DNA of 64,000 nucleotides from an uncultured Candidatus Rokubacteria bacterium (GTDB lineage Bacteria; Methylomirabilota; Methylomirabilia; Rokubacteriales; CSP1-6), in the NCBI GenBank assembly GCA_963747235.1, contig CAVVEU010000029.1, positions 1 to 64,000 of the forward strand, given 5' to 3'. The notes under the pieces were generated by a model that was not told where the DNA came from, ran no database searches, and was given only the letters and a program-made list of their open reading frames with translations. Below, piece by piece: positions 25,622 to 33,859 of the stretch (within the stretch, counting starts at the first letter, position 1; each line of letters opens with the position of its first letter). Both the position numbers and the translations under genes were made by a program.

Positions 25622-26279
25622 GACGGCAGCTCCGTGCCCGCCTGCTCCGCGACCATGTACGCGGCGTACCACTCCGGCCAGTTCGCATCCCTCTGGCCGC
25701 CGAGCTCGCGGCCTCGTACTTGCCGTGGGCGGCCTCGGCGCGACGAAACGCTTCCGCCAGATCGTTCACGGACGCGAAGCTCGTCACCCCGGAGTCGATG
25801 CGGCCGGGCAGCCGCGTCGTGATCTCCTGGAACAGCCATCCGTTGCCGTCTGGATCGCGGAACGAGGCGAACGAGCGGTAGCTGCCACGCGCGGGATCCG
25901 GACCGCTCGTCCGGCGCCGCCCGAAGAGGTAGGGCTCGTCCGTGCCCGCGTACACGCCGTCGCTGTGGAACACCTCGCTCACCTCGACGCCGCGACCGCG
26001 AAGCTCGTCTCGGGCGGCCGTGATGTCGGAGACGATCAGGTACAGGCCCTGCGCGGAGCCCGGCGCCGCCGCGGTGACGTTCTTGCCGAAGATGATCGAG
26101 CACCCGGAGCCGGGCGGCGTGAACTGCATGATGCGGAAGTCGTCACCACTGGCGAACTCGGCGTCGAGCCTCCACCCGAGCCTGCCGCCGTAGAATTCCT
26201 TCGCGCGGTCGATATCCGAGACGGGGATGATGACGATCTCGAGCTTCATGTCGTTGCTGCGGACCTTCGTCGTGCTCAT
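25618..26279 (-). CDS. VOC/glyoxalase family protein; indel near the 3' end
   Basis: [20 protein letters not shown]. Confidence 0.85.
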
Positions 26280-26330
26280 AGCGGCCTCCTGAGTTGCGTC
26301 ACGTGTGTGCATCCCCGCCGCCCCGCTGCT

Positions 26331-27266
26331 TCACCCGAGCGTGCGCAGGCGATCGATCAGGAGGCGCACGAAGGCGGCCGTGTCGACGTCGACGGCGACA
26401 CGGGCATTGGGCTGGCGGCCGCTGTGGCCGCGTCGGTCGACGACCGTGCGCCCGCGCGAAAGCTCCGACGAGCATTCCACCTCGACGTTCCGGTACTCCG
26501 TGGTCAGGAGCCCCGGGCACACGAGCTCGGCCACCGCGACCGCGTCGTGCACCGGGTACCCCTCCGGATACCACGAGTAGCGGCGGTAGGGCGGAAACGC
26601 GTCGAGGATCGCGGCGACGACGCCGCCGGCGCGGCCGAGGCCGCGCAGCTCCTCCAGCTCCGCAGGGCTGACGATCGCCCGGTACGTCACGTCGAGGCCG
26701 ACCATGGTGAGATCGATCCCGCTCGAGAAGACGCGCCGCGCGGACTCGGGATCGACCCAGATGTTGAACTCGGCGGCCGAGGTGGCGTTGCCCTCGCCGA
26801 TCGCGCCGCCCATCAGGACCATGCGTCCGATGCGCTCGGCCGCGTCGGGATACCGCGCCAGGAGCAGCGCCACGTTCGTGAGCGGCCCGAGCGGAACGAG
26901 CGTCACCGGCTCGTCCGCGGCAAGCAAGACCCGCGCGAGGAGATCGACCGCGTGCTCGTCCACCGCTCGACCCCTCGCAGGCGGCAATCCGGGGATATCG
27001 CGCCGCACGTCGGCGCCTTCCGTGCTCGGCGTCCGCTGGTAGGGGAACTCACGCACCAACGGCCGGTCGGCGCCCGCCGCGACGGGAATCTCGCGGGCCA
27101 AGAACTCCACGACCCGCAGCGCGTTCTCCGTGGTCTCGGCCACAGGCTGGTTCCCCTCGACGGTCGTGATCCCGAGTACCTCCACCTCGGGGCTCGCCAG
27201 CGCGAGCATGATCGCGATCACGTCGTCGTAGCCGGGGTCGCAGTCGATCAGGACCGGGATCGGCAT
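26331..27266 (-). CDS. Nucleoside hydrolase (IUNH)
   Basis: DCDPGYDD, LGPLTN, AEFNIWVDP, VHDA. Confidence 0.92.
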   Translation of the reverse strand: MPIPVLIDCDPGYDDVIAIMLALASPEVEVLGITTVEGNQPVAETTENALRVVEFLAREIPVAAGADRPLVREFPYQRTPSTEGADVRRDIPGLPPARGRAVDEHAVDLLARVLLAADEPVTLVPLGPLTNVALLLARYPDAAERIGRMVLMGGAIGEGNATSAAEFNIWVDPESARRVFSSGIDLTMVGLDVTYRAIVSPAELEELRGLGRAGGVVAAILDAFPPYRRYSWYPEGYPVHDAVAVAELVCPGLLTTEYRNVEVECSSELSRGRTVVDRRGHSGRQPNARVAVDVDTAAFVRLLIDRLRTLG

Positions 27267-27302
27267 CAGCGCGCCAGTATCGCATCCCCGGCGGAAGACT
27301 AG

Positions 27303-27426
27303 AACCAATTCCTGGCGTGAAGTCTGGGTAAACGAAAGGGGTCAGCGGCGTCAACGTCCGCTAACTCCTCGTCCTTCATGGTTGCGGGGGCTGGATTTGA
27401 ACCGGCGACCTTTGGGTTGTGAGCCC
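27303..27426 (-). mobile_element. att scar S1: 3' 48 bp of tRNA-fMet plus terminator/arm module
   Basis: 27379-27426 matches 49903-49950 at 46/48; preceded by the ttcctgg..gtctgggtaaacgaaagggg hairpin module. Confidence 0.9.
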
Positions 27427-27532
27427 TTTTCAAATCGCTGCCAGAGCCAAAGCGCCATAACCAACGCATCGTAAATCAAACTTTCTTCCGCAAGTGGCTT
27501 TGGGCCTCTTTGGCTCTCCTTGGGAGCAACTT

Positions 27533-27561
27533 CCCGGGTAGTTCCTGGGTGAAGTCTGGGT
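27533..27561. repeat. Putative integrase arm-type sites
   Basis: cccgggta/cctgggtg/tctgggtg tandem; ttcctgggtgaagtctgggt also at 29829 and 49834. Confidence 0.6.
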
Positions 27562-27572
27562 GCCAGAAACGA

Positions 27573-28916
27573 CTATCTCGCTCGCCGCCGCTCGTCGAGC
27601 CAGCGAGTCAGGAGCTCATGCGAGGCCCGCTCCAGGTCGTAGCGATAGCCACCGGTCGGCGTGGCGAGCTGCGTGAGCTCCGCGTTGAATCCCTCGTTCG
27701 ACTGCGACCAGCGTGGATCGGGCAACGCGTGGCCCACACTCTCCTCGCGCTCGAAGATTCTCAGGAAGCTGTTGGCGAACGGCGAACGGGTGACGTCGCC
27801 GGCGCCGAGTAAGAACGGTGCGCTCAGCCCATCACTGTTCGCCAGGACGATCAGCGCGATCTTCCGTTCCGGCAGCTTCAGGTAGAGCGACGAGAACGAC
27901 TCCGGCCAGTAGCCATAGTGCCAGACCAGCCGTACACCCTCGTGAGCCTGGATGAACCAGCCGAGCCCGTACGGCAGCTTCCGGCCGTCGGACGTTCTCG
28001 CCGGCGTCCACGCGCGCTCTTGCGTCTCCGCCCAAATGAAGCGGTGACCGTCGATGGCCGTGTCATGCTGGGCCAGGTCGAGGACGTTGGAGATCAATCC
28101 GGCTGCCGCGTTGATGCCGCGCGGCGGATAAATGCTGCGAACCATCTCGGCGCCATCGAGGCGATATGGCTTGGCGAGTTTCGACAGTCCGGCCTCATAG
28201 CGCCGCGCGTGATCCGCGTCCAGGAACGACGACCACTTGGCTCGGTCGTCCAGGACATCCTGTCCCGGGACGCTGGCGGCCATGCCGATGGTGTCGAGGA
28301 TGTTGGTGGCGAGCAGCTCGCGGAACGGTTTGCCCGATGCCCGAGCGATGACGTCGGACAAGTGGGAGAATCGGTAGCCGTCGTACCAGTACGTATCGCC
28401 CGACGGATCGTGCGAGGTGTGGGTAAAGACATGACGCACCGTCGGTCCGCGGCCGAAGCGCTGCTGGAACTCGGGCGAGTACTTGGCCATGGGCTCGTCG
28501 AGATCGAGCTTGCCCCGCTCGACGAGCTGCATCAGCAGCGTGGACGCGAACGTCTTGGTGAGCGAGGCGATACGATAGTTGGTCTCGGGCGTGGCGGGAA
28601 GCTTGTTCTCGGTGTCGGCGAACCCGAATGCCTTGGCCCACTGGAGCTTGCGGTCTTTGACGATGGCCGCTGAGAGTCCCGGGATCTTGAGCGCCCGGCG
28701 CAGATCCTCCAGCTGCCGTTCGAGCCGCGTGATCCGGTCGCCCGCCGCCAACGGCTTCCCACGCTCCTGCGCGGACACCGAGGATCCGAGCGCGCGCCCC
28801 GCCAGCAACGACAGCGCGAGCGAGACCGTGACCTTGCGCCGGGTCAGACGTGGATCGACGCTCACGACTCCTCCACATCCTGCACCCAGGGCAGCAGTCG
28901 CGCGCGAAGCGGTCAC
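27573..28916 (-). CDS. Serine hydrolase/beta-lactamase family
   Basis: IASLTK, YGLGW, WHYG; start uncertain. Confidence 0.85.
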   Translation of the reverse strand: MTASRATAALGAGCGGVVSVDPRLTRRKVTVSLALSLLAGRALGSSVSAQERGKPLAAGDRITRLERQLEDLRRALKIPGLSAAIVKDRKLQWAKAFGFADTENKLPATPETNYRIASLTKTFASTLLMQLVERGKLDLDEPMAKYSPEFQQRFGRGPTVRHVFTHTSHDPSGDTYWYDGYRFSHLSDVIARASGKPFRELLATNILDTIGMAASVPGQDVLDDRAKWSSFLDADHARRYEAGLSKLAKPYRLDGAEMVRSIYPPRGINAAAGLISNVLDLAQHDTAIDGHRFIWAETQERAWTPARTSDGRKLPYGLGWFIQAHEGVRLVWHYGYWPESFSSLYLKLPERKIALIVLANSDGLSAPFLLGAGDVTRSPFANSFLRIFEREESVGHALPDPRWSQSNEGFNAELTQLATPTGGYRYDLERASHELLTRWLDERRRAR

Positions 28917-28926
28917 GGCTCCCCAG

Positions 28927-29757
28927 TTATCCCCCGGCCCGGCAGATGATCTCCGTCGGCGAGATGAGGCCGGCCTCGATAGCGCTCACCATGTTGGCGA
29001 TCTTCTGGGGCGTCGTCGCACCCATGAGGAGATGCAGCCCGAGGGGCGGCGCGCCGCTCTGCGTGATGCGCGCGCGCAGTTCCCGGAAGAACGTGATCGC
29101 GAACTCGCGGCGGCTGCGCTGGGCGAGCACCTCGAAGCCCGCGGCGGCCAGTAGCCGGGCGTAGGTCGCGCTCGATTCGACGAAGCTCGTCTCCGAGCTC
29201 CCGGCCCACGGCACCGGGTAGGCGAGGGCGCCCTCACCCTCCCGCATCACGTCGTAGACGCCGAACACCCCCCGCGGCTTGAGCACCTGTCGCACCTGTG
29301 CGAACAGAGCGCCTTTGTCGGCGATGTTCATCCCGACGTGGAGCATGTAGGCGCCGTCGAAGGTACCAGTGGGGAAGGGCAGGGCGAGCGCGCTCCCGTG
29401 CCGGTACGAGACCCGGCCGGCGAGGCCGGTCCGCTCCGACAGCGCCTGCGCGACCCGGACGTATTCCTCGGTGAGGTCGATGCCGGTGACCGTGCAGCCA
29501 AGCACGTGCGCGAAGTAGCGAGAGGCCCCGCCGAGCCCCGAGCCGATGTCGAGCAGGTGCATGCCCCGGGTGACGCGAAGCTCGGCGGCGAAGTCGACCG
29601 TCGCCTGGCGGCCGCCAATGTGGAACTCGTCCACCGAGGCGAGATCGCCTGGCTCGAGCCGGTCTGGGTCCTTGCCCGCCCCCCGGAGCGCGTCGAGCAC
29701 CGTACGCTCGAGGGCCCCGTGCGTGTAATGCTGCGCCACTGTTTCTTCGGTTCCCAT
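28927..29757 (-). CDS. Class I SAM methyltransferase
   Basis: DEFHIGG, LLDIGSGLGG, LKPRG. Confidence 0.9.
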   Translation of the reverse strand: MGTEETVAQHYTHGALERTVLDALRGAGKDPDRLEPGDLASVDEFHIGGRQATVDFAAELRVTRGMHLLDIGSGLGGASRYFAHVLGCTVTGIDLTEEYVRVAQALSERTGLAGRVSYRHGSALALPFPTGTFDGAYMLHVGMNIADKGALFAQVRQVLKPRGVFGVYDVMREGEGALAYPVPWAGSSETSFVESSATYARLLAAAGFEVLAQRSRREFAITFFRELRARITQSGAPPLGLHLLMGATTPQKIANMVSAIEAGLISPTEIICRAGG

Positions 29758-29828
29758 GAACGCCCCCGTTAGCTGATACGGCGAAATCCTAGCCAGTCAC
29801 CGCGCTCCTGGCAAGCGTCCCGGCCCGA

Positions 29829-29918
29829 TTCCTGGGTGAAGTCTGGGTAAACGAAAGGGGTTAGCGGCTGCTGCGTCCGCTAACCCCTCGTCGTTGATGG
29901 TTGCGGGGGCTGGATTTG
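29829..29918 (-). mobile_element. att scar S2: tRNA 3' 21 bp plus module
   Basis: Near-identical to 49834-49923, then diverges to cagaatgctacac. Confidence 0.9.
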
Positions 29919-30245
29919 CAGAATGCTACACGGAGCCCCGTACGCTCTGGATTGACGTTGTCCCGTAGCCATTTGGGCCTCTCCGACCTTCCTACCGCGC
30001 TTCCAGTGGAGTGGACTGTTCCCGTGGTGCCTTCGGGGAATCGGGGACAAAAGGGGAACGACGCATTGACCACTTGACATCGACGCTCTTTCGGCAAATC
30101 CTTGCGCGGATCTAGCGACTCGCGTGGCATCTGACGTTGATCGGGCGGCTCGGGCCCACGCCAGCGGAACGGCGGTCAGGAGCACAAGCGTCGTGCTTCG
30201 TGTCACAGACGGGAGGAGAACGTGTCTCCATATCGGACATCTCGG

Positions 30246-30629
30246 ATGAAAGGACTACTGTTCTTCGTCCTCCTGTTCACCCCGCTGCAACTGCACGCCC
30301 AGCCCACAAACCTCCAACCCATCAATGTCGATCTAGAAATCGCACGCGTAAAAAAGCAGCTCCGCGAGATCCAGGGCTTGACCATAGCCAGAGACCAAAA
30401 GATCGAAATGCAGAGAGCACTCCTCGATCGCGAGATCGCGAACACGCAATCGAAAATACGCGCCATTCAAAGCAGCACCTCGAAGGATCAAAGCGTCACG
30501 TCGAAGGGCAAAGGTCAAGGCAGCGACTCGAAGGATGCAGCTACTGCTAGTCGAGACCACAAGAAGGCGGGTCTGGACAACCTTCAAAAGATGCTGGACA
30601 TTCTCCGCTCCATGAATCCTACCATCTAA
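30246..30629 (+). CDS. Hypothetical secreted coiled-coil protein
   Basis: Signal peptide MKGLLFFVLL..AQ; heptad pattern; lower GC. Confidence 0.55.
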   Translation: MKGLLFFVLLFTPLQLHAQPTNLQPINVDLEIARVKKQLREIQGLTIARDQKIEMQRALLDREIANTQSKIRAIQSSTSKDQSVTSKGKGQGSDSKDAATASRDHKKAGLDNLQKMLDILRSMNPTI

Positions 30630-30797
30630 TGGCCAACCGCTAGACTCGCGTGGTCGCGCGGGTGCTGTGCACGGGGCACCCTTCCACGCCGAGACGCCGC
30701 GGTCGGCGGGCGTACCGCGAAGCCGAAGCCCAGCCGGGCCGCGTTCCGTCGGAGTCGCCCCGGTCCAGCGCTCAGTGTCAGTCGCGGCCAGGGCGGA

Positions 30798-30908
30798 GCC
30801 GTCGGCTCCTGGGGTGGCCGGCGTCCGAGTCCGGGAGGTTATGTCGCGGGGACCGGGGCCACGGACGGGGGCACCGCCGCCGGAGGGCGTTGATGTTGGC
30901 TATCCTCT
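30798..30908 (+). repeat. Dispersed repeat, 3' part
   Basis: cgtccgagtccgggaggttatgtc..ccgccggagggcgttgatgttggctatcctct, homologous to 31900-32009 with the same right boundary. Confidence 0.85.
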
Positions 30909-31028
30909 CGGTTTGCCCGGAGATCGGCTGCTGGCCGCGGAAATGCGTTTGCTTACCTTGGCTTTCTTCATGACGCCACGAGACTTTCCGTTTCCAGTCT
31001 AAGCTCAAGGATAGAATGAGGGGAACTC

Positions 31029-31544
31029 ATGAAGCGTGCCATGGCCTTGGCCGGCTCCGCGATCTTTCTGGTGATCGCTCCGGGAACCCTCGCCGTGTAC
31101 GTTCCCTGGACCTTCACCCGCTGGCGCATGGCGCCGCCGCTCTTCGGGTTTTCTTCATTGCGCATTTTGGGCGGGCTGATGATTGCCGCCGGGCTGCCGG
31201 TTCTGCTCGACTCCTTCGCCCGCTTCGCCATTCAGGGCCTGGGGACGCCGGCGCCGGTCGCGCCTCCTCAGCACCTGGTAGTTACCGGGCTCTATCGTTA
31301 CGTGCGCAACCCCATGTACGTGGCCGTTACTTCGCTGATTTTCGGCCAGGGACTCCTCTTGGGCAGCATGGCCCTGCTGGAGTACGGACTCGTGGTATGG
31401 CTCGGGTTCTTTGCCTTCGTGCTTCTCTATGAAGAACCTACATTACGCGGAACGTTCGGGAAGGATTATGAGGATTACTGCGCGCGCGTCCCGCGCTGGA
31501 TTCCGCGGTTCTGGAGCAAACGGAAGCCTTTCGCCGCAGATTGA
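31029..31544 (+). CDS. Isoprenylcysteine carboxyl-methyltransferase/PEMT family
   Basis: GTPAP, GLYRYVRNPMY, EEP..F..Y..Y..VPRW. Confidence 0.88.
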   Translation: MKRAMALAGSAIFLVIAPGTLAVYVPWTFTRWRMAPPLFGFSSLRILGGLMIAAGLPVLLDSFARFAIQGLGTPAPVAPPQHLVVTGLYRYVRNPMYVAVTSLIFGQGLLLGSMALLEYGLVVWLGFFAFVLLYEEPTLRGTFGKDYEDYCARVPRWIPRFWSKRKPFAAD

Positions 31545-31796
31545 CGCCGACAAACGCAAGATTGAGCCACAGGCCAAGAGATAGTGCCAAGGGCCGGAAG
31601 CTAGCAGCCGGCAGCTAGTGGCGGGGAGCAGACGGTGCTCGTGATCTCCCCGGTGAACTTCGTGGCGGATCTACAGCATGCCCGGGCTCCGGTACCAGAT
31701 GGCGTGGAATCACGGACTGAGCCGCGCGGCGCTGCGAGTGTACACGCGCGGCGCCCGAGAGTACGGCGCCGCGAGGTGGAATTCGTGCTGATTCGA

Positions 31797-32009
31797 CCGG
31801 TCCACCGGTCGATTGACGGCGGCGGTCTGTCTGGCCTAGCATGTCGCTCACCCGGGCCGGCTCGCTCGACCCGCGAGAAGGTCGCTGATGTGCACTGTGG
31901 CATCGGCTCCTGTGGCGTTCCGCGTCCGAGTCTGGGAGGTTATGTCACGGGGACGGGGGCCACGAGGGGGGTGCCCACCGCCGGAGGGCGTTGATGTTGC
32001 CTGTCCTCT
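31797..32009 (+). repeat. Longest copy of the promoter-bearing repeat
   Basis: TTGACG(31813)-N18-TAGCAT(31837); contains ctgtggcatcggctcctg; overlaps both the 6581-6710 and 30798-30908 homologies. Confidence 0.8.
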
Positions 32010-32010
32010 T

Positions 32011-32130
32011 GCGCCGATGATGACGCTGACGCTGTCGTGTGATCACCGCGCGGTCGATGGGGCGCGGGCGGCGCAGTTCCTCGGGGCGCTGGCTGATTTG
32101 GTGGAGGAGCCGCTAGCGCTGCTTGCGTGA
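32011..32130 (+). pseudogene. Dihydrolipoamide acyltransferase (E2) C-terminal tail
   Basis: LTLSCDHRAVDGARAAQFL..VEEP. Confidence 0.8.
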
Positions 32131-32250
32131 AGTTCTTGGATGCGCATTCCTTGCCGCGCCCGCCGAGGAGCATCACGGCGTACCGTCGGATACAGTGTAC
32201 GTTGCTGCGAACGAGGACGCGAAAGCGCCCGCACGTCGTGAGGAGATGAC

Positions 32251-33330
32251 ATGACAAACGGTGAACGACAGACCAAGGGGCGCGGACGGCTGTTCGACAG
32301 CGTGGTGGAGACGGTCGGCGACACGCCGTGCATCCGCATCAACAACCTCGCCCCGAAGAACGCGACCATCTACGTGAAGGCCGAGTTCTTCAACCCGGCC
32401 GGCTCCGTCAAGGATCGGCTTGCGCTCAGCATCATCGAGACCGCCGAGCGCAATGGAACGCTGAAGCCGGGACAGACCGTCGTCGAGGCCACGAGCGGCA
32501 ACACCGGGATCGGGCTTGCGATGGTCTGCGCCGCCAAAGGGTATCCGCTTGTCGTCACGATGGCCGACAGCTTCTCGATCGAGCGGCGCAAGCTCATGCG
32601 CTTCCTCGGCGCCAAGGTGATCCTCACCCCGCGTGCGCTCAAGGGCTTCGGGATGGTGCAGAAGGCGAAGGAGCTCTCGGAGAAGAACGGATGGTTCCTC
32701 GCGCATCAGTTCGAGACCGAAGCGAACGCCGCCATTCACGCCTCGACGACCGCGCGCGAGATCCTCGCTGACTTCGAGGGCAAGCGACTCGACTACTTCG
32801 TCACGGGCTATGGCACCGGCGGCACGCTCACGGGAGTCGGGCGTGTCCTGCGCAAGGAGCGCCCGGGCGTGAAGATCGTGGTCAGCGAGCCCGCGAACGC
32901 CGCGCTGCTGAGCAGCGGCAAGCCGCAGAAGCGCAACGATGCGCACGAGCCTGCGGAAGGCCATTCCGCTTTCGAGCCGCATCCCATCCAGGGATGGACG
33001 CCGGACTTCATTCCGTGGGTGCTGCAGGAGGCGGTCGACAAGAAGTACATCGACGAGCTCATCACGATCCCCGGGCCTGTCGCGATCGAGTGGTCGCGCA
33101 AGCTCGCGCAGCGCGAAGGCATCTTCACCGGGATCTCGGGCGGCGCGACGTTCGCCATCGCGATGCAGGTGGCCGAGAAGGCGCCCGCGGGTTCCGTGCT
33201 GCTCGCTATGCTGCCGGATACGGGTGAGCGGTATCTGTCGACGCCGTTGTTCGAAGGGATCGTCGAAGGGATGGACGACGCCGAGATCGCGGTCATGAAG
33301 TCGACGCCCAATTTCCAGATGCCGAGCTGA
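32251..33330 (+). CDS. cysK: Cysteine synthase (PLP)
   Basis: NPAGSVKDR, EATSGNTG, GTGGT, PDTGERYLST. Confidence 0.9.
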   Translation: MTNGERQTKGRGRLFDSVVETVGDTPCIRINNLAPKNATIYVKAEFFNPAGSVKDRLALSIIETAERNGTLKPGQTVVEATSGNTGIGLAMVCAAKGYPLVVTMADSFSIERRKLMRFLGAKVILTPRALKGFGMVQKAKELSEKNGWFLAHQFETEANAAIHASTTAREILADFEGKRLDYFVTGYGTGGTLTGVGRVLRKERPGVKIVVSEPANAALLSSGKPQKRNDAHEPAEGHSAFEPHPIQGWTPDFIPWVLQEAVDKKYIDELITIPGPVAIEWSRKLAQREGIFTGISGGATFAIAMQVAEKAPAGSVLLAMLPDTGERYLSTPLFEGIVEGMDDAEIAVMKSTPNFQMPS

Positions 33331-33447
33331 CCTCGATCTCACTATCCATGCGCTCTCGGCTGCCGACTTAACGAAACCATAGTCGCCTGACAGGCTCACT
33401 GGGACACCGCTAACGAGTGTCGGTTCCAGTTTGGTTGGCGACCTGAT

Positions 33448-33488
33448 CGCTAACCCTTCGTTGAACCAGCGACCTTTGGGTTATGAGC
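33448..33488 (-). mobile_element. att scar S3 (degenerate)
   Basis: 33461-33488 identical to 49921-49948; preceded by half of the terminator (cgctaaccc); tRNA 3' tip deleted. Confidence 0.8.
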
Positions 33489-33859
33489 ACAAACAGCTAG
33501 ACGATCCCCGTATACCCTCCAGGATCCCCCAACCTGGTCTGCCTGACGGGGAATCGACTACCCGTTCTAGAGGATTCTCAATCGGGCCCCGGCGTACCGC
33601 TTCTCCGTTTTGGGCGCGCGGGAGCAAAACGGGAGCAGTCGCCGTTGCTGCGGGAGGGCGTGGGAGCAAAAAACGGGCTAACCAGGCGGGAAATTACGGA
33701 AACCTCGACGAATTGGGTGAGTTTGCAGACCTTCTGGGGTTGGTGGCGAGCCAGCGCGCGCTCTGGCGCGAGCTCAGCCAGGCGATCAAGGCTTCAGCAG
33801 ACGCGCCAAACCTCGCGTCCCGGTGATCGCAATCATCGCTCATCGGGTCGGTCGGAGGG

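Noticed and set aside
27379-27426. Additional tRNA gene
   Set aside because: Only the 3' 48 nt are present; no D arm or 5' acceptor strand.
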